From Chitinophaga pinensis (lineage in GTDB: Bacteria > Bacteroidota > Bacteroidia > Chitinophagales > CAIOSU01): DNA of 64,000 nucleotides. The DNA is taken from contig CAMDKI010000006.1 in NCBI GenBank assembly GCA_945901065.1, positions 88,876 through 152,875 of the forward strand, read 5' to 3'. This document shows, in pieces, positions 1 through 8,718 of this stretch. The position numbers and the translations under genes are program-made. Every line of letters starts with the position of its first letter. Positions within the stretch are counted from its first letter, which is position 1. Below the pieces are notes generated by a model. That model saw only the letters and a list, made by a program, of their open reading frames with translations. It did no database searches and was not told where the DNA came from.

Positions 1-1575
1 AACATTTGGCTCGAGTCTCGAAATAACACAATATCCTCCATCACCGCCTCTCAAATCAGTACCAGTAGCTACGGTGTTTCCTTGGTAATCGATATATATC
101 GTTCCATTATCTTGTGCACCTGCCATTACTTCGCCGCTAGGGCTGGCTGCTATATCGTAAAACTGAGTGGTAACATAATTTTTGTTACGAGGCGTAAACG
201 TAGGGAACTGTTGCGAAGCGTTGGTAGACTTACTTATACCACCATCAGAGCAAACGTACAATATATCGGGGTTGTTGTTGTCATAAACAGCAAAGTGCAT
301 GTCGGCATGGATGTAGTAAGGGTTGTTAGGCGTTTCTGGTATCCAGTAAGCTACCAAATCCCAGCCAACATCCAATCCACCTTTCCACATCTCCAACTGA
401 CCGCCAATAACCACTTCATTCTTGTTTGAAGGGCTTACCGCAAACGAAATATTGTAAGAACCCTGTTGGCCTAACGGATTAAACACTGAAGAATTTTCTT
501 GTGAATAAGGCACCCAAGAAATACCTGCATCAATTGATTTGTAAATACCTCTTAATCCGTTGCTGCTGTTGCAAATTGCTGCGTAAACATAGTTAGGATC
601 TTGAGGGGTAACACCAAACTCAATGCGGTTAACATTGGTTGCGGGGAAACCATTAGTGCCCGAAATCAAAGTAAAGGCAGCGCCATCTGTAGAGCGATAG
701 TATTTCCTGTTAATTTCAGCGAAAACAACACCATCACTATTTACTTTTACGTCTCTCGACTCCCTACCTGCATCGGCAGGGGCAATACCTTGAGCGGCTA
801 TCCAATTGCTACCACCATCTAAGGTATAATACAAACCGCCATTAGAAGCAGCGTAAATCTTGTTCGGGTCATAAGGGTCTGCAGCCAATTTGCTCACATA
901 CGACCAAGTGCTGTTTGCATTGTTTGGGGCCGGCTCTGTAGATGACAACAAATTAAAGCTAACGCCATTATCAACCGATTTATAAATACCACCGCCAATA
1001 TGTCCATCAGTATTTTGTTGGGTAAACACAAAAGTTTCACCGGTTCCCACATAAATATCTCCATTAGAGGATTGAATGATACTGCTAATAGAAGTTGATA
1101 GGAACTTACTATTATCAGGGTGTTCGGTCCAGTTCAACGCACCATCGTTAGAGACAAACAGACCACCAGTTACGCTTCCAGCTATCAATCGGTTACTGTT
1201 GTTTTTGTCAATCAACAAAGCACGGGTGCGTCCACCTACGTTATCAGGACCTAAGCTTTCCCATTTTAAACCAAGCGTTTGTTGCTTATTGGCGGAATTG
1301 TTGCGCATTTGCATAGCCTGCCTGCGCGCCTTGATTACATCGTTTATATCTAGCAAACCAGTAGCAGGGTTTACGCGCATTTGAGACATCCACAGCATGG
1401 CCTCTTTAATTCCTTCTTCATGTTCCTTTTTAGGACCGAATGCTTCGTGCTGCTCTTTATGATACTGAGCACTAAGCTTAGGAGCCTCTTGCTGTTGAGA
1501 GCAAGAGCCGAAAAACAAAACAAGCGATAAAATAGCCAGAATACCGCTAGCCTTTACTGAAGCCGATTTAATCAT
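1..1575 (-). CDS. BNR/Asp-box repeat beta-propeller lipoprotein (sialidase/sortilin-like fold). The C-terminal part runs off the left window edge.
   Basis: An open minus-strand frame runs from the ATG at 1575-1573 to base 1; it is absent from the ORF track because it has no stop in the window. My translation starts MIKSASVKASGILAILSLVLFFGSC (lipobox). It contains repeated Asp-box-like motifs (SNDGALNW, TLDGGSNW, SIDAGISW, CSDGGIS). The plus-strand ORFs at 82-1384 are shadows of this frame. Confidence 0.8.
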   Translation of the reverse strand, partial: MIKSASVKASGILAILSLVLFFGSCSQQQEAPKLSAQYHKEQHEAFGPKKEHEEGIKEAMLWMSQMRVNPATGLLDINDVIKARRQAMQMRNNSANKQQTLGLKWESLGPDNVGGRTRALLIDKNNSNRLIAGSVTGGLFVSNDGALNWTEHPDNSKFLSTSISSIIQSSNGDIYVGTGETFVFTQQNTDGHIGGGIYKSVDNGVSFNLLSSTEPAPNNANSTWSYVSKLAADPYDPNKIYAASNGGLYYTLDGGSNWIAAQGIAPADAGRESRDVKVNSDGVVFAEINRKYYRSTDGAAFTLISGTNGFPATNVNRIEFGVTPQDPNYVYAAICNSSNGLRGIYKSIDAGISWVPYSQENSSVFNPLGQQGSYNISFAVSPSNKNEVVIGGQLEMWKGGLDVGWDLVAYWIPETPNNPYYIHADMHFAVYDNNNPDILYVCSDGGISKSTNASQQFPTFTPRNKNYVTTQFYDIAASPSGEVMAGAQDNGTIYIDYQGNTVATGTDLRGGDGGYCVISRLEPNV

Positions 1576-1680
1576 TTTGAAGTTTGTTAAGTAGCCTTAT
1601 AAAAATTGTTAGCCAAAAATGAAGACAAATATAACCCCTGAATAGTTGCAGGAGAAATTAATTTTAACATCACATGTTCA

Positions 1681-4600
1681 TTACTCTAACACCAGTTTGT
1701 GCACAAATGTTTGTTGAGCGCTGCGCACCACCACCAGATAAGTACCCGATGGATGAGTTGATATGTCCAACGGCTCATTGAGATTGATTACGCTAGCCAC
1801 CTTTTGCTGGTGCAACAATACTCCGAGCATATTATACACATCAATAGTTATATCCGAAGGCTGGTAAAACAAGCCTCGCAATAATACCTGTCCTTTTGTA
1901 GGGTTAGGGTATAAGGTTACGTAAGATTTCGGTCCATCAACTTCACCAACAGCGGTGGTATCTCGTATTGGCTCTGTGCATATATCCTTCAACGGAAACT
2001 GGCCAACGCCGTAACCTACCATAAATTGGTGGGTAAACTTTTCGCCAAAGTTTGGTTCGAAAACTTTTATGGCTGTGTTATTGGCATAATTCCTAAAACG
2101 CACTGTTCCGTTACCATCGTTGCTTAAAAAGAAATTTAAACCGTCTTCTTGCGAATCGAAAAAAGTAAGTTCATAACACCCTGGATTAAAGCTAAAGGTA
2201 TCGTTTACAGTGGTATTGTTTGGGAAATTATCGCCAGCATAAACAATGCTGTCGTTCTCGTCGGTAATATTAAAAGAAGTTGCAGCCCCGGCAGCATTGG
2301 TTTTAGTGGCCATTATAAATACTGAATCATAAATTGGCACCATCTGGAATGCACTGCTGGCGGTGTTATTTGTTTTGTTTTGGTCGGCACGACCATTCGG
2401 GTAATCAACCGTTACGTGAAAACGCGGATTGCTAATGTCTAAACCGTTCCAATCAAAAGTCGGCAAGGTAACGTCTGTCTCTTCTAAAAACCCAAGGCTG
2501 CCGGTCCAAGTATAGTAGCAATCAAAGCCGCCATCAACTCCGAATGAAAAATCGGCTTGGGTAAGCGTTTCGGAACCATTGTTGCGTATACGAACCACTG
2601 GGTAGTTGCATACAGGGTTGTAGCGGGTATACTCGTCGGTAGTACTTGGCGATACAATGTCCATTAGCTCAACATCGCGTTCAAAATTTGGCTCGCCATA
2701 GCTTACCAACTGTATGTGTAGTATGTTATAACCATAGTCGTCAGATTCCACGGTGTACAATAGTTCAGCACTGCTGCTGCCTTCGGCAATATAGGGCGTA
2801 AGCTCGTGGTCGTATTGGTCAACGGGTTCGCCTGGGCACCACCCTGCCCTATCAAACAACCAAGAGCCTCCTTGCGGGAATACGGGAATCTGGCCGCAAT
2901 CGGTCCAGTTTTGCCAACTGCTCACCTGTATACCATTGGCGTATACTTGGTGTGTTTTAGGACAAAACTCGGCACAATTAGTCGGGTTATCCCAGTGGTG
3001 ACCACTGGCGCGCGTTTTGAGCCTAAAAGTGCTCGCTGCTGGGTCGAGGGTAATGGTTTTGGGCAGCAAGGTTTGGTCGGTATTGCTTAGGTAATAATCG
3101 CCTTTCCAAACATTCTCCACCTTTATCACATCGCGTGCTGGCGTACCGTGGATGAAAATAAACTTCAAGTCCAACAGCTCCTGCCAGTTGCCCGCCGATA
3201 AGTGCACCGAATCGGATAACAAAGGGCGGTAATCGGTTACATCGTAAGTCCAAGTAAAACCATCGCCTAAATCCAAGCCATTGCCATACGGGGTAATAAA
3301 TCGGCCTATTTCATATTGTTCAACCACTTCAAATCGCTCATAATAAGGCAAGGTAGTTTTTATTAAACTATCCACCGCTGTAACAAGCGTAGAGTCGGTG
3401 GCATTGCCATTGGCATCGTACACATAGCTATTGTAGTAGGGAGGCCAATAATAGAAAGTATCCGTAGGAGATGTTGGGTTTGCTGCATTGGTAAATACCT
3501 GAACCGTAAGTGGAGCCTGCTCAATAGTATCCACAACAACCACCGTAACAGTATCTTGCAAAAAGCTACCTTGCTCAAAAACTATTTGCGGGCGCAAATC
3601 ATTATATTGATAATTGCGGTAACCTTCATTATCAAACAAAGTACTCCACCGCGGTGCACCCCACATTTGGCCATCAAATCCGTTGGGGCTTGCATCGGTA
3701 GCTACTAGTCCGGTTCCTTCATCAAACTTATAGTAGGCGCGCAAGTTTTGATAGTTGGGGTGCGTGGCGTCAAGGTCTTTATACATCCATTGTTTCACAG
3801 TATTTACATCCAACGCCTTATCCCAAATCTGAAACTCATTTATCAGTCCATCATAAAACAGTCCGCCATTCGCACCTGAGCCGATTCTGAATTTAACAAT
3901 ACCGTCCATTAAGGCAGTTTTGTTATTAAAGCTCAACCAAACGTTACCGTTCAAATATATGCGCATTAAACCCGTGGCCACATCCTTTGTAAAGGCCCAG
4001 TGGTTCCATTTACCTTCAAAAAGCGATGCATTAGCTGCTTTGCTAGCCCTATCGCCTAAGGTGCCGTTTGTACCTGCATCCCAATAAACTTTGGCATCGC
4101 CCCAAGGCAAATGACAGTTCAAAACTCTAATGCCATCGGCATTGATACCTTCAAAAATGATATCGTTCTGGGGTTGCAGGGCGGCATCGCCATACTGCCA
4201 AAAGCTAATGGTTATCTGGCTATCAACGGAATTAAACACAGCTGCCGGTATCTCTATGTAGTCGGCCCCTTCAAAATCGAGCACCTTATCATTTCCAGTT
4301 GCCTCTTTGGTGCTTTCAAAGCCACAATTGTCGGCAGCCAAGGTGTAATCGGCGCCATTGGTACTGTTGTCGAAACTAAAGCGCACTAATATATTCGAAG
4401 TGCCATCCCAATTGAAAGGCGCTACAAAAGCCAACGAATTGAAACCGCTAGTAAGTGCTTGGCTGAATTGATAAACCGTAGTATAGCTATTAGGTAATGC
4501 AGTATTAGCAGTAAGTGTATCGGCAGCAGTAGGTGCAAAATCGACCCTCAATTTATTCAAAAAGCTACCGGGTACGTTTACATTCAACCTAAGGCCTGTA

Positions 4601-5136
4601 ATGTTTCCGGTGGTAAGCCCAGCTGCGGTCAACTCGCTTGCACGCCATAGATAATAAGCCTCACCATCGGTTTGGCTGCTGCGCAAAGTTGCACTGGTGT
4701 TGCTAGCCGCTGCACCCACGGTTGCTGTGGTAAGCGAAAGCGTATCGGTATAGTTTATAGTGGTTTCTAGCCTAGGTATATACAAGTATGATGGGCTGGT
4801 GATATAGCCAAACGTATCGGGACTGGCGCCATCTACAATAAAGCTTGGCTGTTGTTTCAATGTTGAGTCGTAAATACCCAAGTGGTCGTATAGGAAAGTA
4901 TGGGTAGTATAGTCCCACTCGCCGCAGGCAGGGCTCTGTGCAGGGTTGCACTTCAGGGTATATTGCATCAATATTTTCTGGTACCGCTCGGTTGCTGCCG
5001 GAAAATTGAACCAATAATCTTGTTTGCTACCAAAAGTAAACGTTTGCAGCACGGTAGTGTCAGCAGCCGTTTGCCCAGACATGAAATTGAAGCCAAACAA
5101 CAAAGCGAGGAGGATTAATAAACGCATAATGGGCAT
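1681..5136 (-). CDS. Large secreted PNGase F-like (peptide-N-glycosidase F family) protein with a LamG/concanavalin-like lectin domain and a T9SS type A C-terminal sorting domain
   Basis: It has a signal peptide. CNPAQSPACGEWDY, EIGRFITPYG, NCAEFC and DRAGWCPG match the remembered PNGase F segments CPNKTCDEWDRY, EIGRFITPYW, GCAEWC and DRAGWCPG. A LamG-like block runs from ISFWQYGD to LINEFQIWDKAL. The C-terminus (YVTLYPNPTKGQVLL...VHKLVLE) is typical of a T9SS CTD. Confidence 0.85.
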   Translation of the reverse strand: MPIMRLLILLALLFGFNFMSGQTAADTTVLQTFTFGSKQDYWFNFPAATERYQKILMQYTLKCNPAQSPACGEWDYTTHTFLYDHLGIYDSTLKQQPSFIVDGASPDTFGYITSPSYLYIPRLETTINYTDTLSLTTATVGAAASNTSATLRSSQTDGEAYYLWRASELTAAGLTTGNITGLRLNVNVPGSFLNKLRVDFAPTAADTLTANTALPNSYTTVYQFSQALTSGFNSLAFVAPFNWDGTSNILVRFSFDNSTNGADYTLAADNCGFESTKEATGNDKVLDFEGADYIEIPAAVFNSVDSQITISFWQYGDAALQPQNDIIFEGINADGIRVLNCHLPWGDAKVYWDAGTNGTLGDRASKAANASLFEGKWNHWAFTKDVATGLMRIYLNGNVWLSFNNKTALMDGIVKFRIGSGANGGLFYDGLINEFQIWDKALDVNTVKQWMYKDLDATHPNYQNLRAYYKFDEGTGLVATDASPNGFDGQMWGAPRWSTLFDNEGYRNYQYNDLRPQIVFEQGSFLQDTVTVVVVDTIEQAPLTVQVFTNAANPTSPTDTFYYWPPYYNSYVYDANGNATDSTLVTAVDSLIKTTLPYYERFEVVEQYEIGRFITPYGNGLDLGDGFTWTYDVTDYRPLLSDSVHLSAGNWQELLDLKFIFIHGTPARDVIKVENVWKGDYYLSNTDQTLLPKTITLDPAASTFRLKTRASGHHWDNPTNCAEFCPKTHQVYANGIQVSSWQNWTDCGQIPVFPQGGSWLFDRAGWCPGEPVDQYDHELTPYIAEGSSSAELLYTVESDDYGYNILHIQLVSYGEPNFERDVELMDIVSPSTTDEYTRYNPVCNYPVVRIRNNGSETLTQADFSFGVDGGFDCYYTWTGSLGFLEETDVTLPTFDWNGLDISNPRFHVTVDYPNGRADQNKTNNTASSAFQMVPIYDSVFIMATKTNAAGAATSFNITDENDSIVYAGDNFPNNTTVNDTFSFNPGCYELTFFDSQEDGLNFFLSNDGNGTVRFRNYANNTAIKVFEPNFGEKFTHQFMVGYGVGQFPLKDICTEPIRDTTAVGEVDGPKSYVTLYPNPTKGQVLLRGLFYQPSDITIDVYNMLGVLLHQQKVASVINLNEPLDISTHPSGTYLVVVRSAQQTFVHKLVLE

Positions 5137-5294
5137 GTTTTCAATGGGATAGATGGCTAAAATAACCTTTTTTAACCTTAAGTTAAAGTTAATTGAAGCT
5201 TTTTATAAACTAGCCCAAAGCTAGGCCCCAAGCCAATAACCACGAAAAATGGACTACACGACAAAACCAGCATAAAAAGCCGTATTTTTGCAAA

Positions 5295-6197
5295 ATGGAA
5301 AGTAGTGCTCCACACCGTGCTGGTTTTATTAATATCATAGGGAGGCCCAATGTGGGCAAGAGTACCTTAATGAACGCACTGGTAGGTGAGCACTTGTCTG
5401 TTATCAGCCCAAAGGCGCAAACTACAAGGCACCGTATTTTGGGTCTGGTAAATGGCGATGACTACCAACTAGTGTTCAGCGATACGCCTGGCATTATTCA
5501 CGAACCCAAATATGCCTTGCATAAGGCCATGAACGAGTTTGTGAAAATATCTTTGGAAGATGCGGATGTGCTGCTCTTTATCTCGGAAATATACGAGCAC
5601 CCCACAGACCTAGCCAATGTATTGACTGCTTTGCAAGGCGTAACTGCCCGAAAACTGCTATTGCTAAACAAAGTAGACCAAGCCAAAGGCGACCGAGTAG
5701 CCGAGCTTACCCAAGCCTGGAAGGATACAGAACTGTTTGAAGAAATTATCCCCATTTCGGCACAAGAAAACCTTGGGTTGGATGTGGTGATGGCTAGGAT
5801 AGTGGAGAACCTACCCGAAAGCCCACCGTACTATGCTAAGGATGAACTGACAGATAAGCCTGAACGCTTTTTTGTATCGGAGATAATAAGGGGGAAAATA
5901 TTTACTACTTACAGCAAAGAGATACCATACTGTACCGAAGTAATCATTGAGAGCTTTAAGGATGAGCCTGATATTACACGAATAAGCGCCGTTATCTTTG
6001 TGGAGAGAAATTCACAAAAACCAATAGTAATAGGTAAAGGCGGAGATAAGTTGAAAAAAGTAGGCACCGAATCGCGATTGGAGATGGAGGAGTTTTTGGG
6101 CCGAAAGGTATTTTTAGAACTGTTTGTAAAAGTAAAAGAAAACTGGCGCAACGACCCTCGGCTGCTTAAAAGCCTCGGGTATGACCAAAGTAAATGA
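5295..6197 (+). CDS. era: GTPase Era
   Basis: G1 motif GRPNVGKST, G3 motif DTPGI and a C-terminal KH-like region; 300 aa, the typical length. Confidence 0.95.
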   Translation: MESSAPHRAGFINIIGRPNVGKSTLMNALVGEHLSVISPKAQTTRHRILGLVNGDDYQLVFSDTPGIIHEPKYALHKAMNEFVKISLEDADVLLFISEIYEHPTDLANVLTALQGVTARKLLLLNKVDQAKGDRVAELTQAWKDTELFEEIIPISAQENLGLDVVMARIVENLPESPPYYAKDELTDKPERFFVSEIIRGKIFTTYSKEIPYCTEVIIESFKDEPDITRISAVIFVERNSQKPIVIGKGGDKLKKVGTESRLEMEEFLGRKVFLELFVKVKENWRNDPRLLKSLGYDQSK

Positions 6198-6198
6198 T

Positions 6199-6348
6199 AA
6201 GGCAATTTGAAAATTCGGGAATTTGAAAATGAATTTCAATATGACCAGTCTTCAAATCAACAACAATAAAATTTGAACCATACGGCAAACAATGGAAATA
6301 AAGCCATGATGCCATTCTCAAATTTTCAAATTAACGAATTTCCAAATT
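6199..6348. repeat. REP-like intergenic element (copy A). Left arm 6199-6231 and right arm 6313-6348 are inverted arrays of TTTYCAAATT boxes around a non-conserved core of about 80 nt.
   Basis: Left arm is aaggcaatttgaaaattcgggaatttgaaaatg. Right arm is cattctcaaattttcaaattaacgaatttccaaatt, whose reverse complement reads aatttggaaattcgttaatttgaaaatttgagaatg. Confidence 0.8.
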
Positions 6349-6355
6349 AAAAGTA

Positions 6356-7672
6356 ATGGGTTTTACAGTAGCTATAGTCGGACGACCAAACGTAGGTAAG
6401 TCGACATTTTTTAACCGCTTAGTGGGCGATAGACAAGCCATTGTTGAGAACATTAGTGGCGTTACCCGCGATCGCCAATATGGCACCTCGTACTGGAACG
6501 GTCGTAACTTTGATGTGGTAGATACTGGAGGATTTGTGAAACACAGCGAAGATGTGTTTGAGAAAGCAATACGCACCCAAGTTGAAATTGCCATACAAGA
6601 AGCATCTGCCATTATTTTTTTGGTTGATACTACCACCGGTGTAACAGATTTGGACCAAGAAATGGCCAACATGTTGCGCAAATCGCCAAAGCGGGTGTTT
6701 TTGGCTGTAAATAAATGTGACAACCAACAGCGCCTGCTAGACGCAAATGAATTTTACAGCTTGGGTTTTAAAGATTTGTATCCGCTGGCCGCAATTAGTG
6801 GTGCAGGTACTGGCGAGTTATTAGATGCATTGACCCAACTAATAACTGAAGACCAACCAGAAGATCAATTTGAGGGCATGCCCAAAATTGCTATCGTTGG
6901 CCAACCAAACGTGGGCAAATCATCATTATTGAATGCTTTAATTGGCCAAGAGCGTAATATTGTTACCCCTATTGCCGGCACCACTCGCGATGCCACGCAT
7001 ACACATTACAACATGTATGGCAAAGACTTGGTGCTTTTGGATACCGCTGGTATTCGTAAAAAAAGCAAGGTGTTTGAGCAGCTAGAGTTTTACAGCGTTA
7101 TCCGCGCCATAAAGGCAATTGACGAATCTGACGTGTGTATAGTAGTTTTGGATGCTACCCTCGGCATTGAAGGTCAGGATTTGAGCATCATTGGGCAAGT
7201 TGAGCGCAAAAAGAAAGGATTAGTGATAGCCGTAAACAAATGGGATTTGGTAGAAGACAAAGACACCAACACCAGCAAAAAGTTTGAAGAAGCCATTTTG
7301 CACCGCCTGCAACCATTTACCGATGTGCCAATTCTGTTTATCTCGGTATTAGAGAAACAGCGAATTCACAAAGTACTAGATACTGCCCTTGAAGTATACA
7401 AAAACCGCACCCGCCGCATCCCAGGTAGCCAATTGAACGACGTTATGCTGGATGCAATCGAGAAAAACCACCCACCAGCATACAAAGGCAAGTTTATAAA
7501 GATAAAGTATGTGAGCCAGTTGCCTACCCCTTCGCCTAACTTTGCATTTTTTGGCAATAACGTTAAATATATACGCGAAAACTACAAAAACTATCTGGAG
7601 AACAAATTACGGGAGTCGTTTGATTTTAATGGAGTACCCATAATATTGGTATTCAGAGACAAAGCAAACTAA
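6356..7672 (+). CDS. der: Ribosome-associated GTPase Der/EngA (tandem GTPase domains)
   Basis: Two G domains (GRPNVGKST...DTGG and GQPNVGKSS...DTAG) followed by a KH-like C-terminus; 438 aa. Confidence 0.95.
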   Translation: MGFTVAIVGRPNVGKSTFFNRLVGDRQAIVENISGVTRDRQYGTSYWNGRNFDVVDTGGFVKHSEDVFEKAIRTQVEIAIQEASAIIFLVDTTTGVTDLDQEMANMLRKSPKRVFLAVNKCDNQQRLLDANEFYSLGFKDLYPLAAISGAGTGELLDALTQLITEDQPEDQFEGMPKIAIVGQPNVGKSSLLNALIGQERNIVTPIAGTTRDATHTHYNMYGKDLVLLDTAGIRKKSKVFEQLEFYSVIRAIKAIDESDVCIVVLDATLGIEGQDLSIIGQVERKKKGLVIAVNKWDLVEDKDTNTSKKFEEAILHRLQPFTDVPILFISVLEKQRIHKVLDTALEVYKNRTRRIPGSQLNDVMLDAIEKNHPPAYKGKFIKIKYVSQLPTPSPNFAFFGNNVKYIRENYKNYLENKLRESFDFNGVPIILVFRDKAN

Positions 7673-7807
7673 CAACTGTTGGTATCCCTTTTAGTAAAAT
7701 GGTGATAATAACATTAATATTGCGAATGCCGCATCGCTGCCACTGCAACATTCAGATGGCTCCCTTGCAGCAAACGTATCATCATACAACCTAAAATTAT
7801 CTTCCAA

Positions 7808-8116
7808 ATGAAAAAAATCATGCAATTTTCGTTTGCCGTTATTTGCGCGGCAGTAATGCTAGCAAGCTGTAGCGGAGACACTCTAGAGGCCGATGTAGCC
7901 AAAACCAAAGCTTACCTTTGCAAAGGCATGGAGCTTGGCAAAAAAGCCCAAGCTGGCGACGAAGCCGCTATGGCCGAAATTGAAACATTGGGCAAAGAAT
8001 TGGAAACCTACATGGCAACCCTTAAAGAAAAATACCCTGAAGGCTCTGAACAAGCCGATGCTTTTGAAGTAGAAATGAAAAAAATAATGGCCGATCCAGA
8101 AGGCTCTTGCAAATAA
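7808..8116 (+). CDS. Small lipoprotein, function unknown
   Basis: Signal peptide with lipobox (AAVMLASCSGD). It is followed by a strong intrinsic terminator. Confidence 0.6.
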   Translation: MKKIMQFSFAVICAAVMLASCSGDTLEADVAKTKAYLCKGMELGKKAQAGDEAAMAEIETLGKELETYMATLKEKYPEGSEQADAFEVEMKKIMADPEGSCK

Positions 8117-8140
8117 GCGGCCTTATATTGACCAAAAATT

Positions 8141-8179
8141 AAAATGCCTGCCAAGTTAGTCACTAGGCAGGCATTTTTA
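8141..8179 (+). terminator. Rho-independent terminator
   Basis: Perfect 12-bp stem, aaaatgcctgcc (8141-8152) with ggcaggcatttt (8166-8177). The T-run forms the 3' part of the stem. Confidence 0.8.
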
Positions 8180-8718
8180 TGTGCGAGTGCGATTGTAGAC
8201 AAAAAAATAGCCCACACAGTATAAAACAGGGTTTTCGAAAAAACCTCTAAAAATCAGGGTTGAAGGAGCTGCCAAAGTTTTGTAATCCCGTTGTCTCACT
8301 AAGAGAATCAACAACCAAGGTTGTTAATTCGGGCCCGCCATTACCTTTACAAACCGACCTCCATGTGATAAAATGTTAAGTTTTCGAACCAAAAAATTTA
8401 TACCGAGTGGGCCGACGCAAAGCGTCTAGATTTTATACAAAGAACGTTGTTCAAAATTGTCTCTAATTCAACTAAAGTACAAAACGGCCTACCAAAAGGC
8501 AATTAATAGCAAGGGTATTTTGATTTTTGTTGATAACTTTTCCGACATGTCACTTTCAATAAATGTGTACACGCCATCAGTCAATTACAACAAATGCAGC
8601 CATATAGTGTTTAACATCCTATACACCGGCTCTAATTTTTTTGTGGCCGCATACCCACTAAGAATTCATGTATTGTAAGGATTTTCTTATTTTGGCAGTA
8701 GATACGCGAAGGAAGTTT

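Noticed and set aside
82-1384. Plus-strand ORFs of 73-115 aa (82-429, 601-822, 1076-1384)
   Set aside because: They lie antisense to one uninterrupted minus-strand frame (1-1575) that encodes a convincing signal peptide plus Asp-box repeats. Their own translations are low-complexity and not protein-like.
8457-8678. A 73-aa plus-strand ORF in the gap before the ankyrin-repeat gene
   Set aside because: Its composition is implausible, it has no signal or motif, and it overlaps the extended (rejected) start of the next gene. It is likely non-coding leader DNA.
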